NCBI GenBank assembly: GCA_012798115.1
Contig: JAAZNV010000006.1
Span: 91,971-155,970 of the forward strand
DNA from: a candidate division WWE3 bacterium
Lineage (GTDB): Bacteria > Patescibacteriota > WWE3 > UBA101185 > UBA10185
Direction: 5' to 3'
DNA length: 64,000 nucleotides
The position numbers were made by a program, and so were the translations under genes. The notes under the pieces were generated by a model. That model had not been told where the DNA came from and searched no databases. It was given only the letters and a program-made list of their open reading frames with translations. Below are positions 49,060 through 60,259 of this stretch, piece by piece; position 1 is the first letter of the stretch; each line of letters opens with the position of its first letter.

Positions 49060-50252
49060 AAATACTAAGAATAGTTTATGATTGGCCACCACCATGGCAA
49101 GGTTTAGCACCTCATCCGTATGAATTAACCAGTGCTCAAACAAACATGAGTCATGAAGTGGAAGTGTTTTGTGGGAGATGGCCAAAAGCTGGAGAAATTG
49201 AGCAACCAAATGGTATAAAAGTTAATCCAATAATGAGAGAACCGCTTAGTGGCTCCATTTTTTTCACTAGCTCTGTTATTTTATTCTTCAAATATTTATC
49301 TTGGAGAAGAAAAAATAATCCAGATATTATTCATTCCCATGGACACTTTGGAGTTTGGATATACCTTTATAGGAAGTTGCTCCAAAAGTATTTCCCTTGG
49401 TCAAAAGAACTTAAGGTTCCGCTTGTTGTTCATTTTCATAACATAGCAAAGGATAGGTGGGATTCTATGAAGAAAGCTAAAAAAGAAATAAAGCCTATTT
49501 CGAGGTTCTTGGTTTGGCCATTGTCTGCTTTTTCAGATAAACAAGCAGTTAAGACTGCTTCTGCTTGCGTATTTGTTAGTGAAGATAATATGAAAAAAGC
49601 AATTGATCTTTATGGAGCTGATCCTAAAAGATGTTTTGTCGTGGAATCTGGTGTCAACCCAAGATTATTTAAACCAGTTAGTGTTGAAGAAAAAGAAAAG
49701 TCTAGAAAAGATATTGGTTTTGATATTGAGGACAAAGTTATTTTAAACCATGGTGTGATGTCAGAAAGAAAAAATGTTCATCTTCTTATAGAAGCTTTAA
49801 AATATCTTCCAAGGAATTACAAGCTTTTTCTAGTAGGTTCTGTGGATTCTGGATACACCTCAAAACTCAATACTTTAATTAAAGAAAATAACCTTATAGA
49901 TAGGGTAATGATGGCAGGATACACTCCTTATCCTTTAGCTCCAATTGCTTATCAAGTTTCAGATGTCTTTGTTCTTCCTTCTTCTTGGGAAGGGATGCCT
50001 AAAGTTGTTGTACAAGGATTAGCTTGTGGAATTCCTTGCCTTGTTTCAGGCTTTAAATTATCTGAAGAAATTAGAGGTTTATTCTACTTAGAAAGTTTAA
50101 ATCCTGAGCATATAGCTAGCTTTATTCTACAGATTGTAGAAAATCCAATGAGTGTAGATACTCAAAAAGTTGCCTTATATTACTCATGGGATTTTAGGGC
50201 TAAGGAAATAAATAATATTTATGAATTTGCCAAGAAGAATTATCTCATTTAA
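49056..50252 (+). CDS. GT4 glycosyltransferase
   Basis: PDIIHSH, SGVN...F.P, RKNV, DVFVLPSSWEGMPKVVVQGLACG. Confidence 0.85.
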   Translation: MKILRIVYDWPPPWQGLAPHPYELTSAQTNMSHEVEVFCGRWPKAGEIEQPNGIKVNPIMREPLSGSIFFTSSVILFFKYLSWRRKNNPDIIHSHGHFGVWIYLYRKLLQKYFPWSKELKVPLVVHFHNIAKDRWDSMKKAKKEIKPISRFLVWPLSAFSDKQAVKTASACVFVSEDNMKKAIDLYGADPKRCFVVESGVNPRLFKPVSVEEKEKSRKDIGFDIEDKVILNHGVMSERKNVHLLIEALKYLPRNYKLFLVGSVDSGYTSKLNTLIKENNLIDRVMMAGYTPYPLAPIAYQVSDVFVLPSSWEGMPKVVVQGLACGIPCLVSGFKLSEEIRGLFYLESLNPEHIASFILQIVENPMSVDTQKVALYYSWDFRAKEINNIYEFAKKNYLI

Positions 50253-51858
50253 ATATCCTTCCAAAATATCTTCTTTAAAGATTATTATTTTTCTTTTCTT
50301 TATCTTGTTACACTTGCTTTTGTTTAATGTTAACACTGCTGAGTGGGGTGATTCTTATAAAATACTTAGAGCATCAGAATTTATTAAAGAAGGAAGTTAC
50401 CCTGCTGATGAAAAAAGACCACCGGCTTTTTCCATGGTTCTAGCACTAAGACCTTTTCAAATGGACGCTATCTTGTGGGGTAGGGGAATTATGTTGATAT
50501 TTAGTATCTTGTCTTTTATTGTTTTTGATAAATTAATCTCCATTTTTATAAAAGAAAAAAAATATAAATTGATTTCTTTAATCATTTTTACCTTAAACCC
50601 TGTTTATTTATACTGGTCTTTAAGAATTATGGCGGATGTTCCATTTTCCTTTCTTGTTTTGTTATCTTCTTATCTTTTAACAAGGTGGAAAAATAGCTTA
50701 TCTATTTGGAAAAGCGTCTTAATTGGACTCATTTGTGGTTTAGCTATTTTAACTAGGTTTGAGGGTTATATTCTTTTGCTTTCTATGTTTGTTGGTATCT
50801 TGTTTGTAGATATACAAGGTCAACAGTTGCCATTTAAATTAAAAAATCTTCTAGGGTTGATGGCTAACAAACTGTCATATTTATTATCCTTAGGATTAAC
50901 GACCTTGGTTGTGATTTTGCCTTGGGTATTGTATCGTAATCCTTTTTCATCAAAATATTTCAATGAACCATCAGGAAGAACATATGATTTAAAAATGGTT
51001 TGGACTTACTTTTCTTCATTGTTTTACTTGTTTGGTTTTTCATCTGCGTTTTATTTCATTTTGAAATCATTTTTTAGTAACTTATGTGTTGCTAAATTTT
51101 TAAAAGAAAACATTGGCATAACTTTGTTTTTATCTCTTGAATTAATTCTCATCCTTTTATGGCCTGCAGCTATTCCAAGATTATTTGTTTCAGTAATTCC
51201 TTTCCTTATCATTTTATTTTCCTTGTCTTTTAAGGAATATGAAGAGAGCAATTTAAGCAATGCTAATAGGATTGATGTATGTTTCTTGGTTTTAATTTTA
51301 ATGTTTTATGTATTAAGTCAATTTATTCTCAAACTTCAATTTTTAATAGTTATAAGAGCTATCTTTGTAGTAATAATTTTGCTTCAAGCAGTTTCCATTT
51401 TATTTATTTACCTAAGGAAATTTAATCCAGCTTTGCTTGTATATGTTTTATCAGCCTTTATCTGGTCCTTGTCCACAGTTTATATCCATAAAGATATATA
51501 CACTGCAATAAAACAAGCCTCCTTGTATGCAGTTGATAACTTAGAAGGAAAGGTTGTTTATAATGATACAACTAGTGTTGCTCAATGGTATCTTAATTAC
51601 TTTAAACAAGGGAATTTCAAAGGTAGTACCTTGTATGGTGAATACTTAGATATGAGAAATTTAAATAATTTAAACTCAAATGTCTTATCTAGCTCCAAAG
51701 TTTCTTATGTTATTCTAACTAACGAAGACAGTATTAACTATGAGTCTGAGGTTGAAAAACTTAAATATCTAAATTTAATCAAAGATTTTAGGTATAATAT
51801 CGGAGATAAGCAGTTTTTTGCTAAAATATTTAAATTTAATGGAGGAACTTTTAAGTGA
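50221..51858 (+). CDS. GT-C (PMT_2/ArnT-like) membrane glycosyltransferase
   Basis: Acidic loop after TM1 (EWGD), KRPP, NP.Y...S..IMADVPF, GLAILTRFEG; ~13 TMs. Confidence 0.72.
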   Translation: MNLPRRIISFKYPSKISSLKIIIFLFFILLHLLLFNVNTAEWGDSYKILRASEFIKEGSYPADEKRPPAFSMVLALRPFQMDAILWGRGIMLIFSILSFIVFDKLISIFIKEKKYKLISLIIFTLNPVYLYWSLRIMADVPFSFLVLLSSYLLTRWKNSLSIWKSVLIGLICGLAILTRFEGYILLLSMFVGILFVDIQGQQLPFKLKNLLGLMANKLSYLLSLGLTTLVVILPWVLYRNPFSSKYFNEPSGRTYDLKMVWTYFSSLFYLFGFSSAFYFILKSFFSNLCVAKFLKENIGITLFLSLELILILLWPAAIPRLFVSVIPFLIILFSLSFKEYEESNLSNANRIDVCFLVLILMFYVLSQFILKLQFLIVIRAIFVVIILLQAVSILFIYLRKFNPALLVYVLSAFIWSLSTVYIHKDIYTAIKQASLYAVDNLEGKVVYNDTTSVAQWYLNYFKQGNFKGSTLYGEYLDMRNLNNLNSNVLSSSKVSYVILTNEDSINYESEVEKLKYLNLIKDFRYNIGDKQFFAKIFKFNGGTFK

Positions 51859-52538
51859 AATTATCTGTTGTGATACCTTGCTATAACGAGAAGAATACTA
51901 TAGAAAAGATAGTAGATTTAGTTAAGGGTGTAGAAAGCATAGAAAAGGAAATAATTATAGTTGATGATGCCTCAAAGGATGGAACCGTAGATGTGCTAAA
52001 GAGCATCGAGAAGAAATATCCTGATATAAAAGTTATATATAAAGAAGTAAACAAAGGCAAAGGTGATACTTTAAAAGTAGGTTTTCAACATACAACTGGA
52101 GATTATGTAATTGTTCAAGATGCTGATCTTGAATACGACCCTCAAGACTACGTAAAGCTCTTAAAGGTTCTTGAAGAAGGAGTAGATGTGGTTTACGGGT
52201 CTAGGTTTTTAGGTAAATACGAAAAAATGACTACCCTTCACTACTTTGGAAATAAGTTTTTAACTTTAGTTACTAATCTTTTGTTTGGGGTAACACTTAC
52301 TGATATGGAAACTTGCTATAAATTAATGCCTGGGGATTTTGTAAGAAAACTTGATATTAAATCATCTAGATTTGAGTTTGAGCCGGAAATAACAGCTAAG
52401 ATACTTAAGTCTGGATTAAAAATAAAGGAAGTCCCCATTTCATATAAGGGAAGAAGTTTTAGTGAAGGAAAGAAGATGACGTGGAAAGATGGTTTTAATG
52501 CTATCTATTCCCTTGTTAAGTTTAAATTTTTTGATTGA
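51855..52538 (+). CDS. GT2 Dpm1-like glycosyltransferase
   Basis: SVVIPCYNE, VDDASKDGT, NKGKG, QDADLEYDP, VYGSRF, TDMETCYK, FEFEPEIT. Confidence 0.9.
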   Translation: MKLSVVIPCYNEKNTIEKIVDLVKGVESIEKEIIIVDDASKDGTVDVLKSIEKKYPDIKVIYKEVNKGKGDTLKVGFQHTTGDYVIVQDADLEYDPQDYVKLLKVLEEGVDVVYGSRFLGKYEKMTTLHYFGNKFLTLVTNLLFGVTLTDMETCYKLMPGDFVRKLDIKSSRFEFEPEITAKILKSGLKIKEVPISYKGRSFSEGKKMTWKDGFNAIYSLVKFKFFD

Positions 52539-52564
52539 AGTTGGTTAAGTTTTGGAAATTAAAC

Positions 52565-54715
52565 ATGGTTAAAAAAATCGTTAAGCTTATTAAAGAAAAT
52601 ATCTTTCTTGTGATTGTTATTGGTTTTATGGCTGTGAACTTTTTTGTTGCTCTAAGGCTAAACGTTTTTAGGTACAATAATTTTGACTTTGGAAAATTTG
52701 ATCAAGGAAACATGACTCAGATGGTTTGGAACACATTAAGAGGAAGGGTTATGTACCTAACAGATTACTTTGGTTCTAATGTACCAAGATGGGCAATGAG
52801 TCATGTAGATCCAATTCTTTTATTGTTTGTGCCTGTTTTTGCAATTTTTCCACATCCCATGACACTGGCGTATGCTCAGCTTGTACTAGTGATTTTATCC
52901 GCACTTTTTATCTTTGAAATCACTAGGATGGAGCTTAAGTCCAAGTCAGCTGCTTGTTTCTTTAGTTTTGCTTATCTTTTATACCCATCTATGGGTTTCA
53001 TTAACGGAACAATGGGTTTTCATGGTGTGACTGCAGCAGTTCCATTTTTCTTAGCTGCCTTTTACTTGTTTGAAAAGATGTATAAGGAAGATAGCTTTTC
53101 TAAAAAGAAAGTTATTCTTTTCTGGATACTTTTAGTGATAACTATGTCTGGGAAGGAACAAATTCCTTTGTACATAATAATGTGGGGTTTGTTCATTCTT
53201 TTATTTAGAACAACTAAAGGTGAGGGGGCCACGTTAAAATTTAAGTTAAATAAAGACTGGTTGAAAAAGTTTTTTAATTTAAAACCCGCTAGACTTGGTT
53301 TAAGTATGATTATTTTTGGCTTACTGTGGTTTGTAATTGCATTTTTTGTAGTAATTCCAAAGTACGCACCACTTAGAACTGAAAGTTACAAAAAATTTGT
53401 AGAGTCTATAAACGTTTCGTTTGTTAGCAATAGTGATGTAACACTTCCTAATTACTTTTTAAGCAGGTATGGAGATTTTGGGTCTTCTTATAAAGAAGTG
53501 ATCATCAATATGCTTCTTAGCCCTAAAAAGGCTATTAAAGTCTTCTTAAGTGGGGATAGGCTTGATAGTTTAAACAGGACATTTGCTCCTGTTTCTTATC
53601 TTCCCTTAGCTAATCCATTTATGCTATTAATCTCAGCTCCAGATTTTGCTATCAACTATATGACCACATCAGAAGGTTTAGGAACTGAAGAAATTGAAAA
53701 TCATAGAATATCAATGATTATTCCTGTTCTTTTTATCTCTAGTATTTATGCAGTTTCTTTTCTTGCCAGCTTGTTTGAAGAATTACTTCCAAAATACAAG
53801 AATATAAAAACAGCACTTGTAGTAGTTATTTCTGGAGTTGTTTTGATTTCATGTGTTAAAACTTCATCTGATTACAATAACCCAATGTATTTGTGGTTTA
53901 ATCAAGCTATAAAAAAACGAGTATTTGCTAAATATGACCAAGAGTTGATTAAAGATTCTAATCTTCAAGTAGGTACTGTTGTTAGGCTTCCTGATTTGGA
54001 TGTCAAAGATTATGCGTGTGCTAAGGCTGTTGTAGAAATGATTCCAGATGGAGCTTCTGTTTCTGGGCCAGACAATTTGGGAACTCATTTGAGTATGAGA
54101 GAAACTTATGCAATATATCCTTCATTATGGAATTCAGCGGATTATGTTATTGTTAACGTTTTATCAAGAAAGTTGCTTGCAATTCTCCAATTGAACACAA
54201 ATATAGTTAGAGATGTGACTAAGAATGTGATTGCAAGTAAAGATTACAAACTCATTCTTGGTTGTGGGAATTTATTTTTATTTCAAAGAGGAGCTTCTCA
54301 AGACAAGCTTGAACCATACCCAATACAAGAAAGGTACGTGTATGACTATAAATATAATTTTGAGTTTACAGACACTTTAAAAGTAGTTGACTTTAAGCTT
54401 CCTGCAAGAGTTAAAAGAGGAATTCCTGATAAAAATACAATTGTATATCAACGATCTGGAGATGGAGCATTAGATGGTTTTGTTTTGTATATGACTTATG
54501 TGAATAAAGAAGATCAAAGTATTTATCAAGTAGCCAATCTTCCTTCATTTGCCATTAACAGACCATCTGATTGGACAAAAGAAAGGTATTACATAGAAAA
54601 TGTGGATGTAGCTCTTCCTTCTTATTTAAAGCCTGGAAATTATCAAGTATTTGTTAGTTTATCAAATAAAATAAAGTATAGAAGTTTGTACTTAGGTGAT
54701 TTAATTGTTGAGTAA
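52565..54715 (+). CDS. DUF2079-like GT-C membrane protein with C-terminal extracellular domain
   Basis: FDQG...QMVWN, HVDPILLL..P, FH, KE motif; polytopic N-terminal half. Start uncertain (52535 or 52565). Confidence 0.7.
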   Translation: MVKKIVKLIKENIFLVIVIGFMAVNFFVALRLNVFRYNNFDFGKFDQGNMTQMVWNTLRGRVMYLTDYFGSNVPRWAMSHVDPILLLFVPVFAIFPHPMTLAYAQLVLVILSALFIFEITRMELKSKSAACFFSFAYLLYPSMGFINGTMGFHGVTAAVPFFLAAFYLFEKMYKEDSFSKKKVILFWILLVITMSGKEQIPLYIIMWGLFILLFRTTKGEGATLKFKLNKDWLKKFFNLKPARLGLSMIIFGLLWFVIAFFVVIPKYAPLRTESYKKFVESINVSFVSNSDVTLPNYFLSRYGDFGSSYKEVIINMLLSPKKAIKVFLSGDRLDSLNRTFAPVSYLPLANPFMLLISAPDFAINYMTTSEGLGTEEIENHRISMIIPVLFISSIYAVSFLASLFEELLPKYKNIKTALVVVISGVVLISCVKTSSDYNNPMYLWFNQAIKKRVFAKYDQELIKDSNLQVGTVVRLPDLDVKDYACAKAVVEMIPDGASVSGPDNLGTHLSMRETYAIYPSLWNSADYVIVNVLSRKLLAILQLNTNIVRDVTKNVIASKDYKLILGCGNLFLFQRGASQDKLEPYPIQERYVYDYKYNFEFTDTLKVVDFKLPARVKRGIPDKNTIVYQRSGDGALDGFVLYMTYVNKEDQSIYQVANLPSFAINRPSDWTKERYYIENVDVALPSYLKPGNYQVFVSLSNKIKYRSLYLGDLIVE

Positions 54716-54720
54716 AAACT

Positions 54721-56205
54721 ATGAAAGAATTAGGAAAATGGCAAATAGTTAGTATGATAGCTCAAGGTTTGGCCATGATTTCTGGAGCAGTTCAAACCTT
54801 CGTTATTATTAGGATTCTTAGTGTTGGAGAATGGGGTATTGTTCAACTGGCAACGTCTATTGGAGGAGCTTTAGGGATTTATCAGCACTTAGGGCTTGTG
54901 TCAGCAAGTACTAGAGAAATATCCTCTGCAGAGAAAAAGGAAGATATATTTAAGATTTTTATTACTTCCACTGCAGTTAGATATTGTGTGACATTGCCTC
55001 TTGCCATAGGTCTTTTCTTTTATTCAAAGTCTCTTGCAGTGAATATTTATCATAACGAAAGCTTGATTATTCCGTTAAAGATGTATGCTCTTTCTTTAGT
55101 TTTTCAAGGTGTCCAAGGAATACTAAACTCTGTGATTTCTGGAATGCAAAGGTTTAAGACATTGTTTGTATATCAAATTGTAATTTCTTATGTAAGTATT
55201 CTTTTGTACATTCCTCTTGTTCATTTCTTTAGAATCAATGGGTATTTTTATGCTTTCCTTTTGTTTAATATCATATCTTCTATTGTTTTGTCTGTTTTAG
55301 CCTTTAAGCCGTTAAAAGGAAAGCTGATTTTACCATCAAAGAAAGATTTTATGAGATTATTTAAGGAAATATTTTCAATTAGTATTGCTATTTATGTAGT
55401 TAAAATTTTATATACAAATTGGGAAAAGCTTGGAAGTAATGCTTTAGGGTTGTTCAATTCACCAGAAGTTGTGGCTATATATGCTTTTGCAATGCTTTAT
55501 GCAAAAAAGATAATGAGTATTTCAGATTCTGTTACTACAGTTAACATTCCTGTGTTTTCAGAAAGATATGCTAAAAACTTCAATGAGTTTAAAGAAACTT
55601 TTGTTAAAAACTTTAATAAATTATTTTCTTTGATAGTCTTTATCGGATCTTTTGCTTCTTACTTTGCTCCAGATGTAATTAGACTACTTGTTGGCGGAAA
55701 TAAGTATAATGAATCTTTTTCTCTCATTGCTCCTATGGTTTTTGCCTTCATAATATATTCTTTTGTAAACATAATAAGTTCCAGTGTTTTAATACCAGCC
55801 AAGATGGCAAAAAGCATGGTAGGAAGTTATGTATTTTTGATAGTAGGATCTGTTTTAAGTTTCTTTGGACTTTATAAGTTTATAGATCTTCTTTCTGCTG
55901 TTTCATGGGCAATGACTTTTGGAAGCATAATATGTCTTGGATTTATGCTCTACTGGATTAAAAAGAAAATGAATTTTAGTTTCTTTAATATTGATCATGT
56001 GGTTATTCTCTTACAAGGGTTTTTTATTGCATGGCTTTGTAAGGTTGATGTTTTTTGGTTTAAAATTGCTGCCTTTGTTCCTTTTGCATCTCTTCTTTTG
56101 TGGTCTTTGTTTGTGTCAAAATTTTTTACGAAAGAAGATGTAATGTCCATGTTTAGAAAGTTTAAAGGGCTAGTTCCTAAAAAATTAACCTCAAGGGCAG
56201 AATAA
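54721..56205 (+). CDS. Wzx/MOP-family oligosaccharide flippase
   Basis: IIRILSVGEWG, two-repeat architecture with ~14 TMs, VAIYAFA. Confidence 0.8.
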   Translation: MKELGKWQIVSMIAQGLAMISGAVQTFVIIRILSVGEWGIVQLATSIGGALGIYQHLGLVSASTREISSAEKKEDIFKIFITSTAVRYCVTLPLAIGLFFYSKSLAVNIYHNESLIIPLKMYALSLVFQGVQGILNSVISGMQRFKTLFVYQIVISYVSILLYIPLVHFFRINGYFYAFLLFNIISSIVLSVLAFKPLKGKLILPSKKDFMRLFKEIFSISIAIYVVKILYTNWEKLGSNALGLFNSPEVVAIYAFAMLYAKKIMSISDSVTTVNIPVFSERYAKNFNEFKETFVKNFNKLFSLIVFIGSFASYFAPDVIRLLVGGNKYNESFSLIAPMVFAFIIYSFVNIISSSVLIPAKMAKSMVGSYVFLIVGSVLSFFGLYKFIDLLSAVSWAMTFGSIICLGFMLYWIKKKMNFSFFNIDHVVILLQGFFIAWLCKVDVFWFKIAAFVPFASLLLWSLFVSKFFTKEDVMSMFRKFKGLVPKKLTSRAE

Positions 56206-56207
56206 AA

Positions 56208-57107
56208 ATGAAAAAGATAAAAGAAAAACTTAAAACATTATTTAAGATTACAGTTAGTATAGTTTTGATTGTTTATCTTGTTTTAAATAAAGTAGATAAA
56301 AATGAACTAATAAGAAATTTTAAACTCTTAGATTGGAGGTTTATTCCTTTAATTTTTATCCTTATTGTTTCTCATTATATTGTTAGCTCCTTTAGGTGGA
56401 AATCTCTTCTTGTTCATGATAAGGCAAAGAATGTTTCTCCTCTTTATTTGTTTAACCTTTACTTTATAGGAGCGTTCTTTAATAACTTTATGCCTACAAG
56501 TGTTGGGGGAGATGTCTATAAAGCATATATGCTGTCAAAGAAAATTGATGATTCTGCAATTGGACTTTCATCTGTGTTTACAGAAAGATTTACAGGGATA
56601 ATAATGCTTGCCTTGATTGCATTGCTGAGTTTATCTAAAAGTTTAGGTTTTAAGGTTTTAATTCTTATTATTTGGCTTGTTATGGGAATTTATCTTGGTC
56701 TTTATGCCTTAAAGTTATTAAGTAAAACTAAATTTAAGTTCTTTAAGAAAGTTTATGATGCTCTAATGATATATAGGAATTATCCTAAGGTACTTCTTTT
56801 TGCTATGCTTTCTTCCATTATTGTTCAAGTTCTTTCTATTCTCACTCAATACTTTACATTTATGGCAATAGGAGTTAGGCTTCCAATATTTTATTCGTTT
56901 TTAGCATTTCCTGTAATAACACTAGCTGGTTTCTTTATTCCTTCTCTTAATGGTTATGGGGTTCAAGATGCTTTATATATGAGCATGTTTTCTCTTGTGG
57001 GTGTTCCTGCAGAAACTGCTGTTTCTGCTTCCATTATTTATCACCTGTTAAGACTAGGTGTGAGTTTAATTGGAGGGGTTTTGTATGCTCTTGGAAAAGA
57101 TTCGTAA
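56208..57107 (+). CDS. LPG-synthase TM/AglD2-like flippase-domain membrane protein (UPF0104)
   Basis: RWK.LL, FFNNFMPTSVGGD, ER, P.SLNG.GV.D. Confidence 0.82.
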   Translation: MKKIKEKLKTLFKITVSIVLIVYLVLNKVDKNELIRNFKLLDWRFIPLIFILIVSHYIVSSFRWKSLLVHDKAKNVSPLYLFNLYFIGAFFNNFMPTSVGGDVYKAYMLSKKIDDSAIGLSSVFTERFTGIIMLALIALLSLSKSLGFKVLILIIWLVMGIYLGLYALKLLSKTKFKFFKKVYDALMIYRNYPKVLLFAMLSSIIVQVLSILTQYFTFMAIGVRLPIFYSFLAFPVITLAGFFIPSLNGYGVQDALYMSMFSLVGVPAETAVSASIIYHLLRLGVSLIGGVLYALGKDS

Positions 57108-58734
57108 AGCCTTTTCCTTTTTAAGTCAAGCTGAAAAGAATAAATTATCCAGGTGTGCACTTTTATTGATCTTTGTATTCTTATTCTTTGCAACAAGGAT
57201 TCCTTATTTATCTAAGGATACAATAAATCCAGATGGAGTAAATTGGCATTATAGGTCTCAGCAATTTGTTGTTGGTTTGAAGTTTCTCCAATTTGAAAAA
57301 ACATATCAGCATTATCACCCTGGTGTGACCTTAATGTGGGTTACAGGAATTCCAATAGAAATATTTAAGCAAGTAACTAATATTAAAGATTATAACTTGT
57401 ATAACTTCCAAGCCTTTGATTTTATTGCTAAGTTTTCATTAGTTATTGTTCAGCTTGTCTTATCTTTACTGGTTATTTATGCTCTTTCTAAGATAGTAGG
57501 CTTTAATAAGTCTTTTCTAACAGTTGTCTTTTTTTCTTTTGAACCCTTTTTTGTAGGTAATTCTCGCTTGTATCACATGGATACTCTTCTTTCTATTCTT
57601 TTGTTCTTAGCAATAATTTTTTCCTTTCTTAATCTTAAAAACCCTTCATTTGGAATGTCTTTACTTTCTGGATTATTTCTTGCTTTATCTTTTTTAACTA
57701 AAAGTGTTTCAATAGGAGCCGTTCTTTTTGTTGTTTTATATGCTTTGGCTTACTTTGTTTATTCAAAACAATATAAAAGCATTCTTCCTTATGTTGCTTA
57801 CACCTTGTTTTTCTTTGTGTTATTCACATTCTTACTTTTTCCGGCTCTTTGGGAAAACCCCATATATTATCTTTCTTTGATATTTAAGGAAGCTGCTAGG
57901 GTAGGTATAAGGAAAGGGCATGGACAAGTAGTATTTGGGGAATATACAAGAGATCCTGGGTTTTGGTTTTATCCCTTGGTTTTACTCGTTAAAACAAGTC
58001 CATTTACAATTATTGGTTGCATACTCTTTGTAGTGTCATCTATCAAGAGTTTAGTTATTGATGTAAAGGAAAACATTAAGAATGAGATTAAAATGTTTAA
58101 AGACACTAAGAAGAAGTTCTTAAATTTTGGTTTTTACATTGCTGTTTTTTATCTTGGATATGTGTTTAGCATGTCCTTTCCGACAAAGAAGATAGATAGA
58201 TATATGTTGGTTGTTTATCCGTTTATGGCTTATTTAGCTGTTGTTGGATACGGGAAAGTATTTTTATTCTTAAAAAGTAAGGTAAAAAAGCTTATGTTTT
58301 GGTCTACAATATCTTTATTGTGTTTAGTTTTTTGGGTTATGCCTTTTGTTAGAGTTTATCCTTACTATTTTACTTACACTAGTCCTTTATTTATTAACTC
58401 GCAAACTGCAAATAAAATAGTTGCTCAAAAGCCTTTTGGAATTGGAATGTATGATTTAAAGGAACTTATTGTTAAAAGATATGGGAGTTCAAAAAATCTT
58501 ATGACTCCAAAATTAGCATTTGTAGACACTAAGCCGATGAAATCTATTTATCCCAACTCAAAAGTATTTGATGTTAGAGTATCAGGACCAGGGCAGTATG
58601 ACCTTTTGGTATTAGGTGTCAATGAAGATATACCTGAGAATATAGAAAACAGTAAATATACATTTGAAAAAGATGCTTCTATGTGGATTAATGGTCTTGA
58701 GTACTGGAGGATTTATGTCAAAAAAGAAAAGTAA
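57085..58734 (+). CDS. GT-C (ArnT/PMT-like) membrane glycosyltransferase
   Basis: NPD, HPGVTLMW, EPF, HMD, LTK, KK.DRY. ATG 57085 follows GGAGG. Confidence 0.78.
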   Translation: MLLEKIRKAFSFLSQAEKNKLSRCALLLIFVFLFFATRIPYLSKDTINPDGVNWHYRSQQFVVGLKFLQFEKTYQHYHPGVTLMWVTGIPIEIFKQVTNIKDYNLYNFQAFDFIAKFSLVIVQLVLSLLVIYALSKIVGFNKSFLTVVFFSFEPFFVGNSRLYHMDTLLSILLFLAIIFSFLNLKNPSFGMSLLSGLFLALSFLTKSVSIGAVLFVVLYALAYFVYSKQYKSILPYVAYTLFFFVLFTFLLFPALWENPIYYLSLIFKEAARVGIRKGHGQVVFGEYTRDPGFWFYPLVLLVKTSPFTIIGCILFVVSSIKSLVIDVKENIKNEIKMFKDTKKKFLNFGFYIAVFYLGYVFSMSFPTKKIDRYMLVVYPFMAYLAVVGYGKVFLFLKSKVKKLMFWSTISLLCLVFWVMPFVRVYPYYFTYTSPLFINSQTANKIVAQKPFGIGMYDLKELIVKRYGSSKNLMTPKLAFVDTKPMKSIYPNSKVFDVRVSGPGQYDLLVLGVNEDIPENIENSKYTFEKDASMWINGLEYWRIYVKKEK

Positions 58735-60259
58735 GACAATACTTTTGATAGTTTTACTTTGTGCACTAGTTTTAAGGCTTGCTGGGATAACCCATGGCTT
58801 CCCCTTTATATTTCATCCAGATGAACCAACTATTGTTAGATCTGCATTAGGAATTAGATTTAATTTAAATCCTAAGCACTTTGACTGGTCTCATTTATAT
58901 ATGTATCTTAATTACTTCTTATATATGATGTTTTCTAGGTGTAGAAATATGTTGGGAATTCTAGGGATAAGAAATGCTATCTCAACATTGTTTCCTTTAG
59001 TATGGAATGATGATTTAGTCTTCTACTTTTTAACAAGGTGTTTTTCAGCAATACTTGGAGCCTTAACAGTAATTCCAGTTTATTTATCCGCAAGAAAATT
59101 ATTTAATGAAAAAGCTGCTTTGTTCTCTGCCTTTTGTATGGCCTTTCTTCCTTATCATGTTTGGCACTCTCATTACTCTTTAGGAGATGTTCCAATGGTT
59201 TTTTTCCTTTCTTGGGGCCTTTATTTCTCCTGTTTGATATTAAATGACTCTAAGATAAAAAATTATGTACTTTCGGGGCTTTTTATTGGTCTATCAGCGT
59301 CTACTAAGTACAACGGTGGTTTATCAGCTTTAATGGTTCCTACAGCTCATTTTTTAAGGGTGTTGGGTACAGTTAAGATGAGTGGAAAAAAGGTTAAAAT
59401 ACTGGATTTTAAGGGCATTTTAGCCTTAATTTTATCTGGGTTTAGTGCTCTTGTAGGGTTTTTAATAGGCACTCCTTATGCTCTTTTAGACTTTAAGACT
59501 TTTTCAAGAACAGATAGTCCTAAAGGAGCTTTTTGGCAGTTTACAAATGTTGGATCCATTGGTTTTACAAAGCACTTTACTCAGTTTTTCAATGAGCTTT
59601 TTGTAAGTGTATCAAGCAACATGGGATGGGTAACAATACTTGCTTATGTTCTTACGTTTTTTTATTTAATGTTTACAGTGTTAAAAAAGAAAAACAATGA
59701 AGTTATACATAAACTAATGTTTTTGTATATAAACTCTTTATTTCTTTTTTGGTATATTTCTGGATTTAAAAATACCAGAGCACATTATTACTTTGTTTTT
59801 TATCCGTTTGCTGCAGTGATATTTGGATTTTTTGTGTCAAAGGTTAATGATTGGCTTCTTGCTAAGAAAAAACTTTATTCTTCCTTGTTTATACTTTTAA
59901 TGTGCCTTCCTTTAGTAATTTTCTCAATTAAGAACTCATACTCTTTTTATAAAGGAGATACTAGGAATGATTTGTATGATTGGCTTGTTTTAAATCTTAA
60001 GGTAGGAGAAAATATATTTTATAACGATATAAAAGCATCTGATGTATTTGATAAGCTACAAGTCAACGCAAAAAAAGGTTTTGATAATTTGACAACTACA
60101 AATAGTGCCTTAGTGATTGTTCTTGATCCTGAGAATTCTACAGATTTTCTTGCTAAGAATTCTTCTTACTTAACTAAAGAAAAATCTTTTAGTAATAATT
60201 TAAGGTTAGGCCCAAACATTGAGATCTATAGGTATCAAAATGAAAAATTTACTAAGTAA
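58715..60259 (+). CDS. GT-C (ArnT/PMT-like) membrane glycosyltransferase
   Basis: LRLAGI, HPDEP, LNP.HF, SHY...D, STKYNG, GTPY. ATG 58715 follows GGAGG. Confidence 0.82.
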   Translation: MSKKKSKTILLIVLLCALVLRLAGITHGFPFIFHPDEPTIVRSALGIRFNLNPKHFDWSHLYMYLNYFLYMMFSRCRNMLGILGIRNAISTLFPLVWNDDLVFYFLTRCFSAILGALTVIPVYLSARKLFNEKAALFSAFCMAFLPYHVWHSHYSLGDVPMVFFLSWGLYFSCLILNDSKIKNYVLSGLFIGLSASTKYNGGLSALMVPTAHFLRVLGTVKMSGKKVKILDFKGILALILSGFSALVGFLIGTPYALLDFKTFSRTDSPKGAFWQFTNVGSIGFTKHFTQFFNELFVSVSSNMGWVTILAYVLTFFYLMFTVLKKKNNEVIHKLMFLYINSLFLFWYISGFKNTRAHYYFVFYPFAAVIFGFFVSKVNDWLLAKKKLYSSLFILLMCLPLVIFSIKNSYSFYKGDTRNDLYDWLVLNLKVGENIFYNDIKASDVFDKLQVNAKKGFDNLTTTNSALVIVLDPENSTDFLAKNSSYLTKEKSFSNNLRLGPNIEIYRYQNEKFTK